Shown: positions 49,733 through 60,435, counted from the first letter of the stretch. The stretch: DNA of 64,000 nt from an uncultured Clostridia bacterium (GCA_934130285.1 CAKOXT010000006.1:19115-83114); one strand, 5' to 3'. Numbers and translations are program-made. Notes: a model not told the origin generated them from the letters alone.

Positions 49733-50882
49733 AGACAATTTTGACGAAAAATTATTCAACTATTTTAAAAACAATACCAAAATACCAATGAAAATTACTG
49801 AAGGAATACACACATTAAATTTAAAAACACCAAAGAAGAAATTCTTTGATTTCCATAATTTTAGAAAAATTGCATTAGCAACCGCATCTGTTGTTACAAT
49901 TTCAACAGGTATAGTATTTGCAAAAGATATTTCATCATTTATGAAAAATATATTTAACGACAATACAGGCGTTAATACTGCAGTAGAAAATGGATATGTA
50001 CATACTCCAAATGTTTATACAACTTCTCAAAACACAAAAATAAAAATTACAGAAATGATAATGGATGATTACACACTAAATCTGAATATGATAGCAGATT
50101 TTGATAAAAATATCATTGTAACAGGAGCAGAGAAGATTTATATACCTGATATGATTATTAGTGACGATGAAAATCGAATTCTATACAGTCCAGATGTTCA
50201 GCAATCTATCTCTTTCTGCCAAAAAAGCGGAATAGATAGTAGCAATGAAAATATAAGAAATATCACAACTAATACTTCTTCCTCACTTTTTATATATAAT
50301 TCTGATGCTAACTCAATGAATTTTTCTATTGTCCTATCGGCAACTGATGAAAAGTTTCCATTAAGTAAAGAAATACATATATCATTTAGTACAATAGAAA
50401 TAGAAATTAATAACGAAAAACATATTATATCAGGAAATTGGGATGCACAAATTAAAGTTCCAAATAAATTTCTAAACAGAGAATCAATACTTTATAAAGC
50501 AATTAATTGCAATAACAGTAATGTATATACCGACTCAATAAAAGCAGAAGTATACGAAACTGGAATGAATTTTCAAATGACAATGTATTGGGGAGATTAC
50601 ACTACTTGGCACGAAAAAATAGAAAAAATGAGAACTCAAAGTGTCTTATCAAGTCAACTAATAAATCAAGAAAATTCTTATGTTGAAAATGAAAATGGCG
50701 AAAAATTCTATCCAGCACAAAGCACATCTTCTGATGGAGGATATAGTTTCAATACGGATGGAAAACTTATTAAATGGGAAACTTTTAACTTAACCAAATT
50801 TAATATGACGAATAAATTAAAAGTAGTATTAACAACAATCACTAATGAACAAATTATTATAGAATTAGAAAAATGTAATTAA
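49719..50882 (+). CDS. putative membrane-anchored anti-sigma factor (cognate of the upstream ECF sigma; DUF4179-like, guess)
   Basis: It overlaps the sigma gene by 14 nt and has SD AGGAGG. A short cytoplasmic N-terminus is followed by one TM (IALATASVVTISTGIVFA) and a large extracytoplasmic domain. Confidence 0.55.
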   Translation: MIKPKDNFDEKLFNYFKNNTKIPMKITEGIHTLNLKTPKKKFFDFHNFRKIALATASVVTISTGIVFAKDISSFMKNIFNDNTGVNTAVENGYVHTPNVYTTSQNTKIKITEMIMDDYTLNLNMIADFDKNIIVTGAEKIYIPDMIISDDENRILYSPDVQQSISFCQKSGIDSSNENIRNITTNTSSSLFIYNSDANSMNFSIVLSATDEKFPLSKEIHISFSTIEIEINNEKHIISGNWDAQIKVPNKFLNRESILYKAINCNNSNVYTDSIKAEVYETGMNFQMTMYWGDYTTWHEKIEKMRTQSVLSSQLINQENSYVENENGEKFYPAQSTSSDGGYSFNTDGKLIKWETFNLTKFNMTNKLKVVLTTITNEQIIIELEKCN

Positions 50883-50894
50883 CTAAGTTTTCTT

Positions 50895-50935
50895 AACAAT
50901 AACATCCATATGCCCGCTATATGGATGTTATTGTT
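50895..50935. terminator. 17-bp perfect-stem hairpin (AACAATAACATCCATAT gcccgct ATATGGATGTTATTGTT)
   Basis: It lies immediately after the anti-sigma gene. The flanks are A/T-rich, though there is no clean U-tract. Confidence 0.5.
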
Positions 50936-50991
50936 ATAAAAAATTTAAACCACAAAAAAGCTGCAAACATTGTATTTGCAACTTTAATTTA

Positions 50992-51387
50992 TTATTTATT
51001 ATAAGCAGATACTCCCAATTCTTCTAGCCACTCTATTTGATCATCTGAAAACATAGTAGGCTTATAATATAATGTTAAAATTGGTTCACCCTCAGTAGAC
51101 GCTGTTATTGTAATCTCCATTTTATCATAATAATCCTCTAGAATTGTTCTTTTAACACTTTCAGTAAATATAGAAAAATCAGTTATCTCTTCAAGTTGGT
51201 ATGTCGTTTGTTTCTCTTTTACTAACTCTTGTATTTGCATTATATCTTGTTTAAACGCTATTTCCGCAGAATTATTTATAGCACCATTATCACCTATACT
51301 ATAATATAAAACAATTCCTGTGATAATAATCAAAATAACTATCGAAAATACCAAGATTAACATTGTAATTCCATTTTCTCTTCTCAT
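50992..51387 (-). CDS. hypothetical membrane protein (about 131 aa)
   Basis: The N-terminal TM is ITMLILVFSIVILIIITGIVLYY. The preferred start is MRRENG, with SD AGGAGGA at 5-nt spacing. The track start at 51399 overlaps the acpS stop. Confidence 0.5.
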   Translation of the reverse strand: MRRENGITMLILVFSIVILIIITGIVLYYSIGDNGAINNSAEIAFKQDIMQIQELVKEKQTTYQLEEITDFSIFTESVKRTILEDYYDKMEITITASTEGEPILTLYYKPTMFSDDQIEWLEELGVSAYNK

Positions 51388-51398
51388 TAGTTCCTCCA

Positions 51399-51764
51399 TT
51401 ACTCATTATAAAGAACAACAACATTTGCAACTGCATATTCTTTACAATGTGACATTGTCAAATCTATACTTAAAATATTTTTATTTTCAATATTTACTAC
51501 TGGTCTTCCATCAATCGAGTTTTTTATTTCGAACTTTTTCCAACTTAGCTCATCTTTATTCATAAAACGTGATAATGCCTTGAATAAAGCTTCCTTAGCT
51601 GCAAAACGTGCAGCATAATGTTGATATTTATTATTCTTATGACTTTCACAATACTTTATTTCCTCTTCTGTATATATTGTATCTAAAAACTTTTTACCTA
51701 TGTGTTCAATAGACTTCTGCACACGAGGTATTTCTACAATATCAACTCCACTAGCTAACTTCAC
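51399..51764 (-). CDS. acpS: holo-[acyl-carrier-protein] synthase (4'-phosphopantetheinyl transferase)
   Basis: GVDIVEIPRV...FAAKEALFKAL, about 120 aa. Confidence 0.85.
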   Translation of the reverse strand: MKLASGVDIVEIPRVQKSIEHIGKKFLDTIYTEEEIKYCESHKNNKYQHYAARFAAKEALFKALSRFMNKDELSWKKFEIKNSIDGRPVVNIENKNILSIDLTMSHCKEYAVANVVVLYNE

Positions 51765-51792
51765 GTTCTCTACACATCCTATCTTTACTTTA

Positions 51793-53028
51793 TCACATAA
51801 ACATATATGAAATAATAGTAAAAGTATTCAAAATTAATGAAACAATCAATAACATAACCATAATACTATAATTTCTATTATTTTTTTCTATGTCTAAATC
51901 TTTATAAATTATTTCATATTTTTTTCTAATCTGTTCAAATTGATCATCCAATTCAAATGCATTACCCAAAATTTTATAATATAAACTTCCTGTATCATCT
52001 GTAGTAATCTCTTTAGCCCACATATTTTTGGTAAATTCTATAAATCTCTTACGAATATGAATTATCTTATCATAGCTCTTGAATTCAGTGTTTATTTGTT
52101 TCAAGAAAATCTTTTGATATAGCCTTAAAATATACGTATAGTATATAACAGTCTCATATTCATAAGGTAATTTGGTATAATTATACATATCAACTGTTGA
52201 ACATAGCAAATTGCAATTTGATTTTGTCACACCAGTCCTAGCATATTTTAATTTTGATATAACACTCAAATTTTGCTCTTTACTCTGTTTATTTAAATCA
52301 GTAATATAACTGCTTGGACAAGTATTAACATACTTTAAAAACTCATTTTCAAAGTTATCAAACTCATTTCTATCATTCCAATATTCTGAAGGAATACATA
52401 CATATCCAAAAGTATAAAATTTATCATCAACATCAATCTTTTTTCTATTTCCACCAGCAATATTATTAATAATATCTGAAATCTCACTAACATTTTTCAA
52501 TAAATCTGTCTGAATATTAATATTTTCATATTGCTTTAAACCCGCAAATTCTGAATTTATTTCTTTAAATTTATAATTGAAATTAAGTAAATCTGCAAAC
52601 TTCTCACTATTCTCAACTGTTGTTTTAAAACTCAAAAAACAAATTCCTGTATTAAAACATATAATATCCATCTTAGGAATAGTAAACTGCACTCCCGTTT
52701 CATTTCCCATTTCCCCTTGAACATTCTCTCCCAAAAGATATTCAAAACAAACACAAGAATGTTTAGACAAAACTTTTGCCTTTTTTTCATTACTTAATTC
52801 CTTAAATCTTCTTAATCTATCATCCCTGAATTCAAATGTTGGAAAAAGATTTTCTCTTATAATCGGATTAAAATAATTATATATATCTAAATCTTTTTCT
52901 TTTTCAAAGATTTTTAATGTACTTTTTTTATCTTTTAATAATTTTAATATATATTTCTCGTATTTTGCCTCCTCAATACTATAAGGATACACAAAATACG
53001 TATATTGATATTTAAATGATAATTCCAA
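51793..53028 (-). CDS. hypothetical protein with C-terminal TM helix (411 aa)
   Basis: Long ORF, co-directional and tightly spaced with acpS. No motif recognised. Confidence 0.5.
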   Translation of the reverse strand: MELSFKYQYTYFVYPYSIEEAKYEKYILKLLKDKKSTLKIFEKEKDLDIYNYFNPIIRENLFPTFEFRDDRLRRFKELSNEKKAKVLSKHSCVCFEYLLGENVQGEMGNETGVQFTIPKMDIICFNTGICFLSFKTTVENSEKFADLLNFNYKFKEINSEFAGLKQYENINIQTDLLKNVSEISDIINNIAGGNRKKIDVDDKFYTFGYVCIPSEYWNDRNEFDNFENEFLKYVNTCPSSYITDLNKQSKEQNLSVISKLKYARTGVTKSNCNLLCSTVDMYNYTKLPYEYETVIYYTYILRLYQKIFLKQINTEFKSYDKIIHIRKRFIEFTKNMWAKEITTDDTGSLYYKILGNAFELDDQFEQIRKKYEIIYKDLDIEKNNRNYSIMVMLLIVSLILNTFTIISYMFM

Positions 53029-53058
53029 GGTACCTCTCCTCTTTTGTATTTTAAAATT

Positions 53059-54585
53059 TTATTTCGTATAAGCATTTAATTCAATATTTTCGTTTAAATG
53101 CCATGTTCCAATAAAATCAATATTCACACTATTATCTAATGTAACTGATGGTTCTAGTAAAACACTTCCATTCTGTTGTAGAACTCCCCATTTTCCATCT
53201 TTATTTACAGCACAAAATCCATATTGGTTTTGTTCTTTTGCATCATCATAAATGCAGTCAACAATTTTTTGACCATCCTTATTTACATAACCATATTTTC
53301 CATTTTCTTTTACTAGGAATAATGTATTATTTTTTAAAGCATCTGTATTAGCAATTTCTTGATACTGCAAATTATAGTATCTATACTCATCACCAATTCT
53401 AGCTCTTATATATCCGTTTGTTGTATCAACTTTATTAATTGTTCCAGTAAATACAAAGTTTAAATCCCTTGTAAATACATCAGTTGTATAATCTTCATTA
53501 TCACAAATTAATGAAGCAATATCACTTCTATACTCTATATCAGTATATTTAAATTCAACTCTTATATCTTTAGCCAAATCAATAACACCATATTTTCCAG
53601 CTGTACGTGCTATATAATATTCACCAAAACAATTCTTTAAATCATCAAAAGCTGTATCAATTACAGTTTCACCTGATGTTGTTATAACACCATATTTTCC
53701 AACTTTTTTAACTGTTAAATAATCTCCATTTATTTCTGTAATTTCATCAAATCCACTATCTAATAAAACAGTTCCATCTTTTGAAATTAATTTTGTTTTT
53801 AAGCCATCAGTAACCACATATTTATCAGATCCTGTAACTTTAAATACTTTATCATATGTATTTGCTAATATAACTTTTCCTTCTGAACCTATAATTCCAT
53901 ATTTACCATTTTCATCTTTAAATAAATATCCATCATTATAAGTTTTTCCAAAAGCTTCTATAGATACATATATCGGATCAACAAATAATGATTTAGAAAC
54001 ACTATTGTATAATCCATACTTTCCACCTTTTTCAACAACTAAAGTTCTTTCTATTCCAGCCATTGTATGAATATCATCATATTCAGGTGCTAATACCTGT
54101 TTTCCTGAAAAATCAATCAATCCATATTTTCCATCTTTTTCAAATTTTAAAACTTCTTTATCATACCAAACATTATTAGCACTATCATAATTAACAAGTG
54201 CACTTACATTTTGATATTCTGAAAATAATTGTTCATTCTTTTCATTTATAGCTTTAGTTTTAAAAGTACCATTTGTATAATCTACATCATATGTCACAAT
54301 AAAAACATTCTTTGATGAATCTGGAATAACAATCATTTCATCATAAGATATATTATTTAATTGATCGCCTTTACTATTTATTACTCCCCATTTAGAATCA
54401 GCATAAGCTGAAAAATATTCTACACTTTCTGGCAATATTTGCTGTTCTTTACTCTTTTTATCTAAAGCCATAACAATAGATGCAATCACCATTATTATTA
54501 CTAATAAAGCAACTAATGTTGCCACAACCTTCTTCATATTTAGCTTTGGTTCATCGTCAAATCTTCTACCTCTATTTCTTCTCAT
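53059..54585 (-). CDS. WG-repeat (KWG/WG_beta_rep) containing membrane-anchored protein
   Basis: N-terminal TM. Repeats of the KYG(L/V)ID..GK.V(L/I).P.YD type occur more than eight times. Confidence 0.7.
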   Translation of the reverse strand: MRRNRGRRFDDEPKLNMKKVVATLVALLVIIMVIASIVMALDKKSKEQQILPESVEYFSAYADSKWGVINSKGDQLNNISYDEMIVIPDSSKNVFIVTYDVDYTNGTFKTKAINEKNEQLFSEYQNVSALVNYDSANNVWYDKEVLKFEKDGKYGLIDFSGKQVLAPEYDDIHTMAGIERTLVVEKGGKYGLYNSVSKSLFVDPIYVSIEAFGKTYNDGYLFKDENGKYGIIGSEGKVILANTYDKVFKVTGSDKYVVTDGLKTKLISKDGTVLLDSGFDEITEINGDYLTVKKVGKYGVITTSGETVIDTAFDDLKNCFGEYYIARTAGKYGVIDLAKDIRVEFKYTDIEYRSDIASLICDNEDYTTDVFTRDLNFVFTGTINKVDTTNGYIRARIGDEYRYYNLQYQEIANTDALKNNTLFLVKENGKYGYVNKDGQKIVDCIYDDAKEQNQYGFCAVNKDGKWGVLQQNGSVLLEPSVTLDNSVNIDFIGTWHLNENIELNAYTK

Positions 54586-54706
54586 TACATCCTCCGATTA
54601 AAACAATAATACACAGTTACTATATCATATTTTAGTACTGGAATTCAATACTAAAAGCATAAAAAAAGATGTATACAGGGTACGCTGTATACATCTTTTT
54701 TCAATA

Positions 54707-57145
54707 TTATATTTTAACAACTTTCGCTACAATTACAGACATATCATCTTTTAATATTCCATATCCATTATCAATAGCTTCATTTAAAATAATATCTGCC
54801 ATTTTTTTCACATTGTTTGTATTTATTTCTTTAATTAACTTTAAAAGCCATTTATCATCATCCTGGTCAGGATTAGAATCCAATATACCATCACTGCACA
54901 TTATGAAAATATCGCCATCCCTCATATCCTTATCAAAAACTGAAAAATCGACATCATTCAATATTCCAACCGGTAATGATTTAGCTTCAACGGTTTCAAT
55001 ATTTTGTTTATTTTTTATATACGTTCTACAACAACCATTTTTAATAAATTCAACAACACCCTTATATAAGTCAAAAATAGCCACATCCATAGTTGCATAT
55101 ATTTCTTCAGTTGAAAGCTTAATAGTTGAATTAATAAGTTCCATTGAATCCTCTTTATCAAATCCTGCAGACAATGTTTGCTTTAATAATCTAGTAACAA
55201 TTTGACTAGATTTTTTAGCCTCGACTCCTGAACCCATTCCATCACTCAAAGCAACCATATGCTTGTTATCATCTAATTTAACTTGTATGCAACTATCTCC
55301 TGACACATCATTTCCCGTCTTAGGTAAACGTGCTAGTCCTAGTTGAAGAACAAACTTATCCTCAGATATATATTTTTGCATATACACCTTTGAATCCAAA
55401 TGACTAGTATCTTTTTGTAAAACAATTTTTTCCTTGCACACTTTTGTAAGTATTGATTCTATACATTTAATCTTATCACGTTCTTTTATATTCTTTTCAA
55501 ATAAAATATCTACAAAATATTTTTTGCTTTTATTTTGTCTTAGCTTTATTTCTTTAACTAAAATTTCTTTTTGTTTTAATAATTCTTTAATTTCTTTTTC
55601 CTGAGTTGAATAATCTTTAGTTTTTTCTTTTCCCATATTCTCTGCAATTTCAGAAATAGCCTTTGAAACACCTTTTAATTGTTTAGAAATAACTTTTTTA
55701 TTCTCATGCAATCTTTGCTTCCATTGAAAATTCATTTCATTAATTCTATACGTTCTATTAACTATTCTAACAACCTGATTTACATCTTCTCTTATTAATT
55801 GATTTGATCCAATATCTAACACTTCATTTCTTTCTTCAAATATTTTTACAATATCTTTTTCAGAAATTTCTTCTTTATCAACTAATAACATATATATTTT
55901 TTCTACAAGATCATTATTTAAATTTATAAGATCTTCATACAAAATATTATTTGGAAAACTATCCAAATTATTTAATAAATCCTCAATAAACATCTCTTTG
56001 CTATGATTAATATTTTCAACTTCATATGCAATTTCTTCATCTTTTAATCCATAGTTTTTAGCAATTTCTTTAACTGTATCTGATAAATTCTCTAATCTTT
56101 TTTCAGCTTCTTTACTTTCAGCTAATCTATTATCAGCAATAGGCGCAAAAAATTTATTTTTTCCTATTAAATCCTCTACATCAATTTCTACAAATTTAGG
56201 TACACACAATAAAGCAACAGCAGAAATCAATAATTCTTTATATAATAAAATCTGAACTGTATTTCCTGTTAGCAAATAAGAAATTATTGCATTTCCAACA
56301 AAGAACCCAACAATTGTACCAGCTCGTCCAACTTTATTTAGTGCTCCCGCTAATAAACCCGAAATAGAAAATGCTAATACCTGTGCAGGAGTAACTGCAC
56401 CAACAATTCCTAATATCAATCCTATTGAAACACCTATTGTAGACCCAACAAGAATACCATTTTTCCAAGCAAAAAATAGAATAAGAAACACTGCAAATAC
56501 ATTCGCCATTGAAATTCCAAAAATCCTGTATTGACTGACAGCAACTGCTGCTATTGATACAACTACTGTTGCGCCAATTATTTCTTCAATAGTAAATGCT
56601 GATTTCAATCCAAAATTTTCTAAAACTCCAATACTATTTACAAAAATCTTATAAAATGCATATGTAAGAATTACTGACAAAATAGCTGTAATAATATCAT
56701 AAATTAAAACTGTTCCTATCAAACATTTTATAATTTGTACAACAGCTAATGAAATAACTAAATTAATTCCAAGCTTTGTAATTTCATTTCTATTATCCTG
56801 AACATATGGCTTTTTAAATATAATAGAGAATAAAAAAACAAGTATACTTAAAAAATATACTAAAAAGCCATTAGCTCCTTGCGTTATAAATGTTGCAACA
56901 GACGTTGTAATTAAAATTGGTCCCGCAGGTATAGCACTACTGCATGCAGCAACAAAAAAAGCAAACGCAAATGGTGAAATTCCATCTTTTATTGATACTA
57001 ACGAAACTAAAAAAGACAATATATAAATAACTATATGTTGAAACATAAAAATATCTTTAAATCTCGAAAAGTCAATCTTTTTATTATCTAATTTAACATC
57101 CTTTTTTCCTAACTCGACCTTATTATCTGCCAAATTTTGAAACAT
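54707..57145 (-). CDS. spoIIE: stage II sporulation protein E (PP2C-type phosphatase with polytopic membrane N-domain)
   Basis: About 10 TM segments, then a C-terminal PP2C domain (ALSDGMGSG...DGILD). The start is the ATG at 57145 with SD GAGGTGG. The track start at 57154 is a GTG inside the SD. Confidence 0.9.
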   Translation of the reverse strand: MFQNLADNKVELGKKDVKLDNKKIDFSRFKDIFMFQHIVIYILSFLVSLVSIKDGISPFAFAFFVAACSSAIPAGPILITTSVATFITQGANGFLVYFLSILVFLFSIIFKKPYVQDNRNEITKLGINLVISLAVVQIIKCLIGTVLIYDIITAILSVILTYAFYKIFVNSIGVLENFGLKSAFTIEEIIGATVVVSIAAVAVSQYRIFGISMANVFAVFLILFFAWKNGILVGSTIGVSIGLILGIVGAVTPAQVLAFSISGLLAGALNKVGRAGTIVGFFVGNAIISYLLTGNTVQILLYKELLISAVALLCVPKFVEIDVEDLIGKNKFFAPIADNRLAESKEAEKRLENLSDTVKEIAKNYGLKDEEIAYEVENINHSKEMFIEDLLNNLDSFPNNILYEDLINLNNDLVEKIYMLLVDKEEISEKDIVKIFEERNEVLDIGSNQLIREDVNQVVRIVNRTYRINEMNFQWKQRLHENKKVISKQLKGVSKAISEIAENMGKEKTKDYSTQEKEIKELLKQKEILVKEIKLRQNKSKKYFVDILFEKNIKERDKIKCIESILTKVCKEKIVLQKDTSHLDSKVYMQKYISEDKFVLQLGLARLPKTGNDVSGDSCIQVKLDDNKHMVALSDGMGSGVEAKKSSQIVTRLLKQTLSAGFDKEDSMELINSTIKLSTEEIYATMDVAIFDLYKGVVEFIKNGCCRTYIKNKQNIETVEAKSLPVGILNDVDFSVFDKDMRDGDIFIMCSDGILDSNPDQDDDKWLLKLIKEINTNNVKKMADIILNEAIDNGYGILKDDMSVIVAKVVKI

Positions 57146-57170
57146 CCCTACCACCTCATACTTTTTCTTT

Positions 57171-57295
57171 ATTTAACACCAAATTTAATAAAAAAAATGT
57201 CAATTGATATTAAATAATTAAAAAAGTTATTTACTTTTTGTGATATATTTTTTCGACATCCCTAAAAGTATTTTTCATTCTATTACAATTCGACA
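57171..57295 (-). promoter_or_regulatory. spoIIE promoter region: TTGACA -35 (57198-57203), 21-nt spacer, TTAAAT -10; two consensus Spo0A boxes TGTCGAA upstream (57252-57258, 57289-57295)
   Basis: Read directly from the minus strand. The two 7-mers match the 0A-box consensus exactly. The unusually long spacer matches what is described for B. subtilis spoIIE. Confidence 0.5.
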
Positions 57296-57471
57296 AAAAA
57301 ATCAATAGAACAACATTTTCAACTTTTCATAGCAAATACATGCTACTTTTTCAAAAGCCTACTATTCAGGCAATTTGCTAATTTTACTTTACCAAGTAAC
57401 TTTAATAAATTTAAAATGTACTTTAAAACATAAAAAAAGGATGATATAAATATCACCCTTTTCTATGTTTA

Positions 57472-60435
57472 TTACTCAACATTTTTCAAAACTTCTTCTT
57501 TTAATTCTTTTAAACGTTGTTCTGCTTCTTCCATTGTTTTTGCTTTAACACCCATATAGAATTTAACCTTTGGCTCAGTTCCAGATGGTCTAGCACAACA
57601 CCATTCGTTATTTGCAAGTTCATAATATAAAACATTAGATTTAGGTAAAGTAACTTTTTCTTCCTTACCTGTCTTCATATTTTTTCTTACACTTGTTGTA
57701 TAATCACGAATAGCTTCAATTTCAAATTTTCCAAAACTCTTTGGTGGATTAGCACGTAAGTTTTCCATTAATTCTTTAATTTTTTCTGCACCTTCTGCAC
57801 CTTTTAAAACAATTGAAACTTGAGCTTCTCTATAATAACCATATTTCTCATAAATATTAATCATTTGATCCCATAAAGTTAAACCTTGTTTTTTGTAATA
57901 TGCAGCTGCTTCAGCAAGCATCATAACAGCAACAATACCATCTTTATCTCTTGCATGAGTTCCAACTAAACATCCATAACTCTCTTCAAATCCAAATACA
58001 TATTCATAATCATGTTTTTGTTCAAAACCTCTAATTTGTTCACCTATGTATTTAAATCCTGTTAAAGTTTCAATTAAATGCATTTTATAATGTTCTGCAA
58101 TAGCATCTGTTAAATTAGAAGAAACTATTGTCTTAATAACTGCACCATTCTTTGGTAATGTACCATTTTCTTTTCTTTGAGATAATATATATTCAGCAAT
58201 TAATAATGCTGTCATATTTCCTGTATAGAAAATATATTCGCCAGTTTTTGTATCTTTTACATGAATTCCTAATCTATCTGAATCAGGATCTGTTGCTAAA
58301 ATTATATCAGCATCAACTTTCTTAGCTAATTTTAAAGCTAAATCATAAGCTTTTGGCTCTTCTGGATTTGGATATTCAACAGTTGGGAAATTACCATCTG
58401 GCAATTCTTGCTCTGGAACAACATATACATGTTCAAATCCTAATTTATTTAAAATATTTTGTACTGGTTTATTTCCTGCACCATGTAATGGTGTATAAAC
58501 AATTTTCAAGTCTTTTCCAACTTCATGAGTAACTTCTGGATGAATAGATAATTTACTTAATTCTTCCATATATCTTTTATCAATAGCATTACCTATTACA
58601 TGATATAATTTTTTCTCACCAGCAGCATCTCTTGTCATTGTTTTAACCATTGAATACTCAGTAACTTTATTTACTTCTTCAATAATTTCTTTATCTCTTG
58701 GAGCAACAATTTGAGCTCCATCATCCCAATACACTTTATATCCATTATATTGTGGTGGATTATGGCTAGCAGTAATCATAATTCCTGCAGTAGCACCTAA
58801 TTCTCTAACAGCAAAAGATAATTCTGGAACAGGTCTTAATTCATCAAATTTATATGTTTTAATACCATTAGCATTTAAACATAAAGCAGTATATTCACTA
58901 AATTCTTTTGACATTCTTCTTGAATCATAAGAAATTACAACACCTTTTTTCTCTGTTCCTTGTTTTAAAATATAATTTGCCAATCCTTGTGTTGCTTTTG
59001 AAACAGTATATTTATTCATTCTATTTGTACCTGCACCAATAACTCCTCTAAGTCCAGCAGTTCCAAAATCTAATGATTTATAGAAACGATCTTTAATTTC
59101 TTCATCATTACCTTTAATCTCTAATAATTCTTGCTTTGTATCTTCATCTATATCTGGATCTTCACACCATTTTTCATATTGTGCCATATAAGCCATTTTG
59201 TTCCAATAATCTGTGTACAATTTTCTAGCAGTCTCTGGGCTATCTTGACCTTCTGCATTTTTTATTGGAGCAAATTCTTCTTCTCTTTTTACTCTTAAAA
59301 CAACAACATCATCAAGCATTTCATAAGAATCAAATATAAATAATTCAAATTTATATGCATTTGGCTCTGTTGGTTCAATTAATTTTCCGTTCTCATCTAT
59401 ATATTTAGCCTTTTTAAAAGCTGTATGATAAGGTAATCTTAAATCGCTTACCATTTCTAAACCTTTTATATTAAATAAATGGAATATCGCATTGGCATCA
59501 CCATACACTAAAGCTCCATATTTATCCCTCATTTGAGCCATTTCATCAGAAATTTCAGTATATTCAATAACACCTACTTTTTTATTTTTTCTGCAAAATA
59601 CTCCAACTTTTTCTTTAGGATCTGTTTTCTCAATTGTTTTAACTGATCCTAAAACTTTGTTTTCTATTGACATTCCTAATAATAATGGGTCAACAGATTT
59701 AACTAAAACATTATCAACACCACTAACAAATATCCACTCAATACCATCAGCTTTCATTTGTTTGATAATCTTTTCTTTTCCCATAGCCTTTAATGTACCA
59801 CCGTGTCCATCAGCAGCTTTTTTTACCATTTTATTTTCATCCAAAAGTATTTTACCATCTACACCTATCATTGGTAACTCACCTTGAATGAAGAATTTTA
59901 TTGATTCTTTAGGATATCCAAAATATTTATTCTTTTTGAAAAAGTCCACAGTTGCTGCATTATTCTCTCTACTTGTCATAATGTACCAAGGAATAACAAC
60001 TCCATATTTTTCATTAGCTCTTTTTAAATTATCACATAATAATTCAAATAAAGACTTATGTGAAGGCAACCCCATATCAAAAGTTCCTTTTGGACCTTTG
60101 TGACCTAATCTAGTTCCTTGACCACCTGCCATTGTAACAACAGCAAACTTATTAGCTTTTATTGCCTCAATACCTTTTTCTTCATAGGCTTTTGTTTCTG
60201 TTGCTGTCAACTTTGATTTATCGACATAATCAATTGGTTCAACAGTAACATCTTTTAAATCTAATGGTTTAGTTGCATCCTTATAAAGCTTTTCCATTAA
60301 TTCAAAATCAATAGACAAAATTTGATCTAATAATTCTTTCTTTTTTTCTTCATCCAATTCATCATAAAATTTAAGCAAATGTTCTTGATTATATTTTTTA
60401 ACAAGCTTCTTTGCTTCTTCATATTTTTCGTTCAT
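57472..60435 (-). CDS. bifunctional fusion: N-terminal UDP-sugar pyrophosphorylase (eukaryotic-type UAP1/UDPGP family) + C-terminal alpha-D-phosphohexomutase (PGM/PMM/AGM family)
   Basis: N-terminal domain with VTMAGGQGTRLG and KAADGHGG. A second domain starts at about aa 455 with FGTAGLRG and has the active-site GIMITASHNPPQYNGYK. One continuous 987-aa ORF. Confidence 0.85.
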   Translation of the reverse strand: MNEKYEEAKKLVKKYNQEHLLKFYDELDEEKKKELLDQILSIDFELMEKLYKDATKPLDLKDVTVEPIDYVDKSKLTATETKAYEEKGIEAIKANKFAVVTMAGGQGTRLGHKGPKGTFDMGLPSHKSLFELLCDNLKRANEKYGVVIPWYIMTSRENNAATVDFFKKNKYFGYPKESIKFFIQGELPMIGVDGKILLDENKMVKKAADGHGGTLKAMGKEKIIKQMKADGIEWIFVSGVDNVLVKSVDPLLLGMSIENKVLGSVKTIEKTDPKEKVGVFCRKNKKVGVIEYTEISDEMAQMRDKYGALVYGDANAIFHLFNIKGLEMVSDLRLPYHTAFKKAKYIDENGKLIEPTEPNAYKFELFIFDSYEMLDDVVVLRVKREEEFAPIKNAEGQDSPETARKLYTDYWNKMAYMAQYEKWCEDPDIDEDTKQELLEIKGNDEEIKDRFYKSLDFGTAGLRGVIGAGTNRMNKYTVSKATQGLANYILKQGTEKKGVVISYDSRRMSKEFSEYTALCLNANGIKTYKFDELRPVPELSFAVRELGATAGIMITASHNPPQYNGYKVYWDDGAQIVAPRDKEIIEEVNKVTEYSMVKTMTRDAAGEKKLYHVIGNAIDKRYMEELSKLSIHPEVTHEVGKDLKIVYTPLHGAGNKPVQNILNKLGFEHVYVVPEQELPDGNFPTVEYPNPEEPKAYDLALKLAKKVDADIILATDPDSDRLGIHVKDTKTGEYIFYTGNMTALLIAEYILSQRKENGTLPKNGAVIKTIVSSNLTDAIAEHYKMHLIETLTGFKYIGEQIRGFEQKHDYEYVFGFEESYGCLVGTHARDKDGIVAVMMLAEAAAYYKKQGLTLWDQMINIYEKYGYYREAQVSIVLKGAEGAEKIKELMENLRANPPKSFGKFEIEAIRDYTTSVRKNMKTGKEEKVTLPKSNVLYYELANNEWCCARPSGTEPKVKFYMGVKAKTMEEAEQRLKELKEEVLKNVE

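Noticed and set aside
54669-55205. 178-aa plus-strand ORF inside spoIIE
   Set aside because: Antisense to the conserved PP2C domain of SpoIIE.
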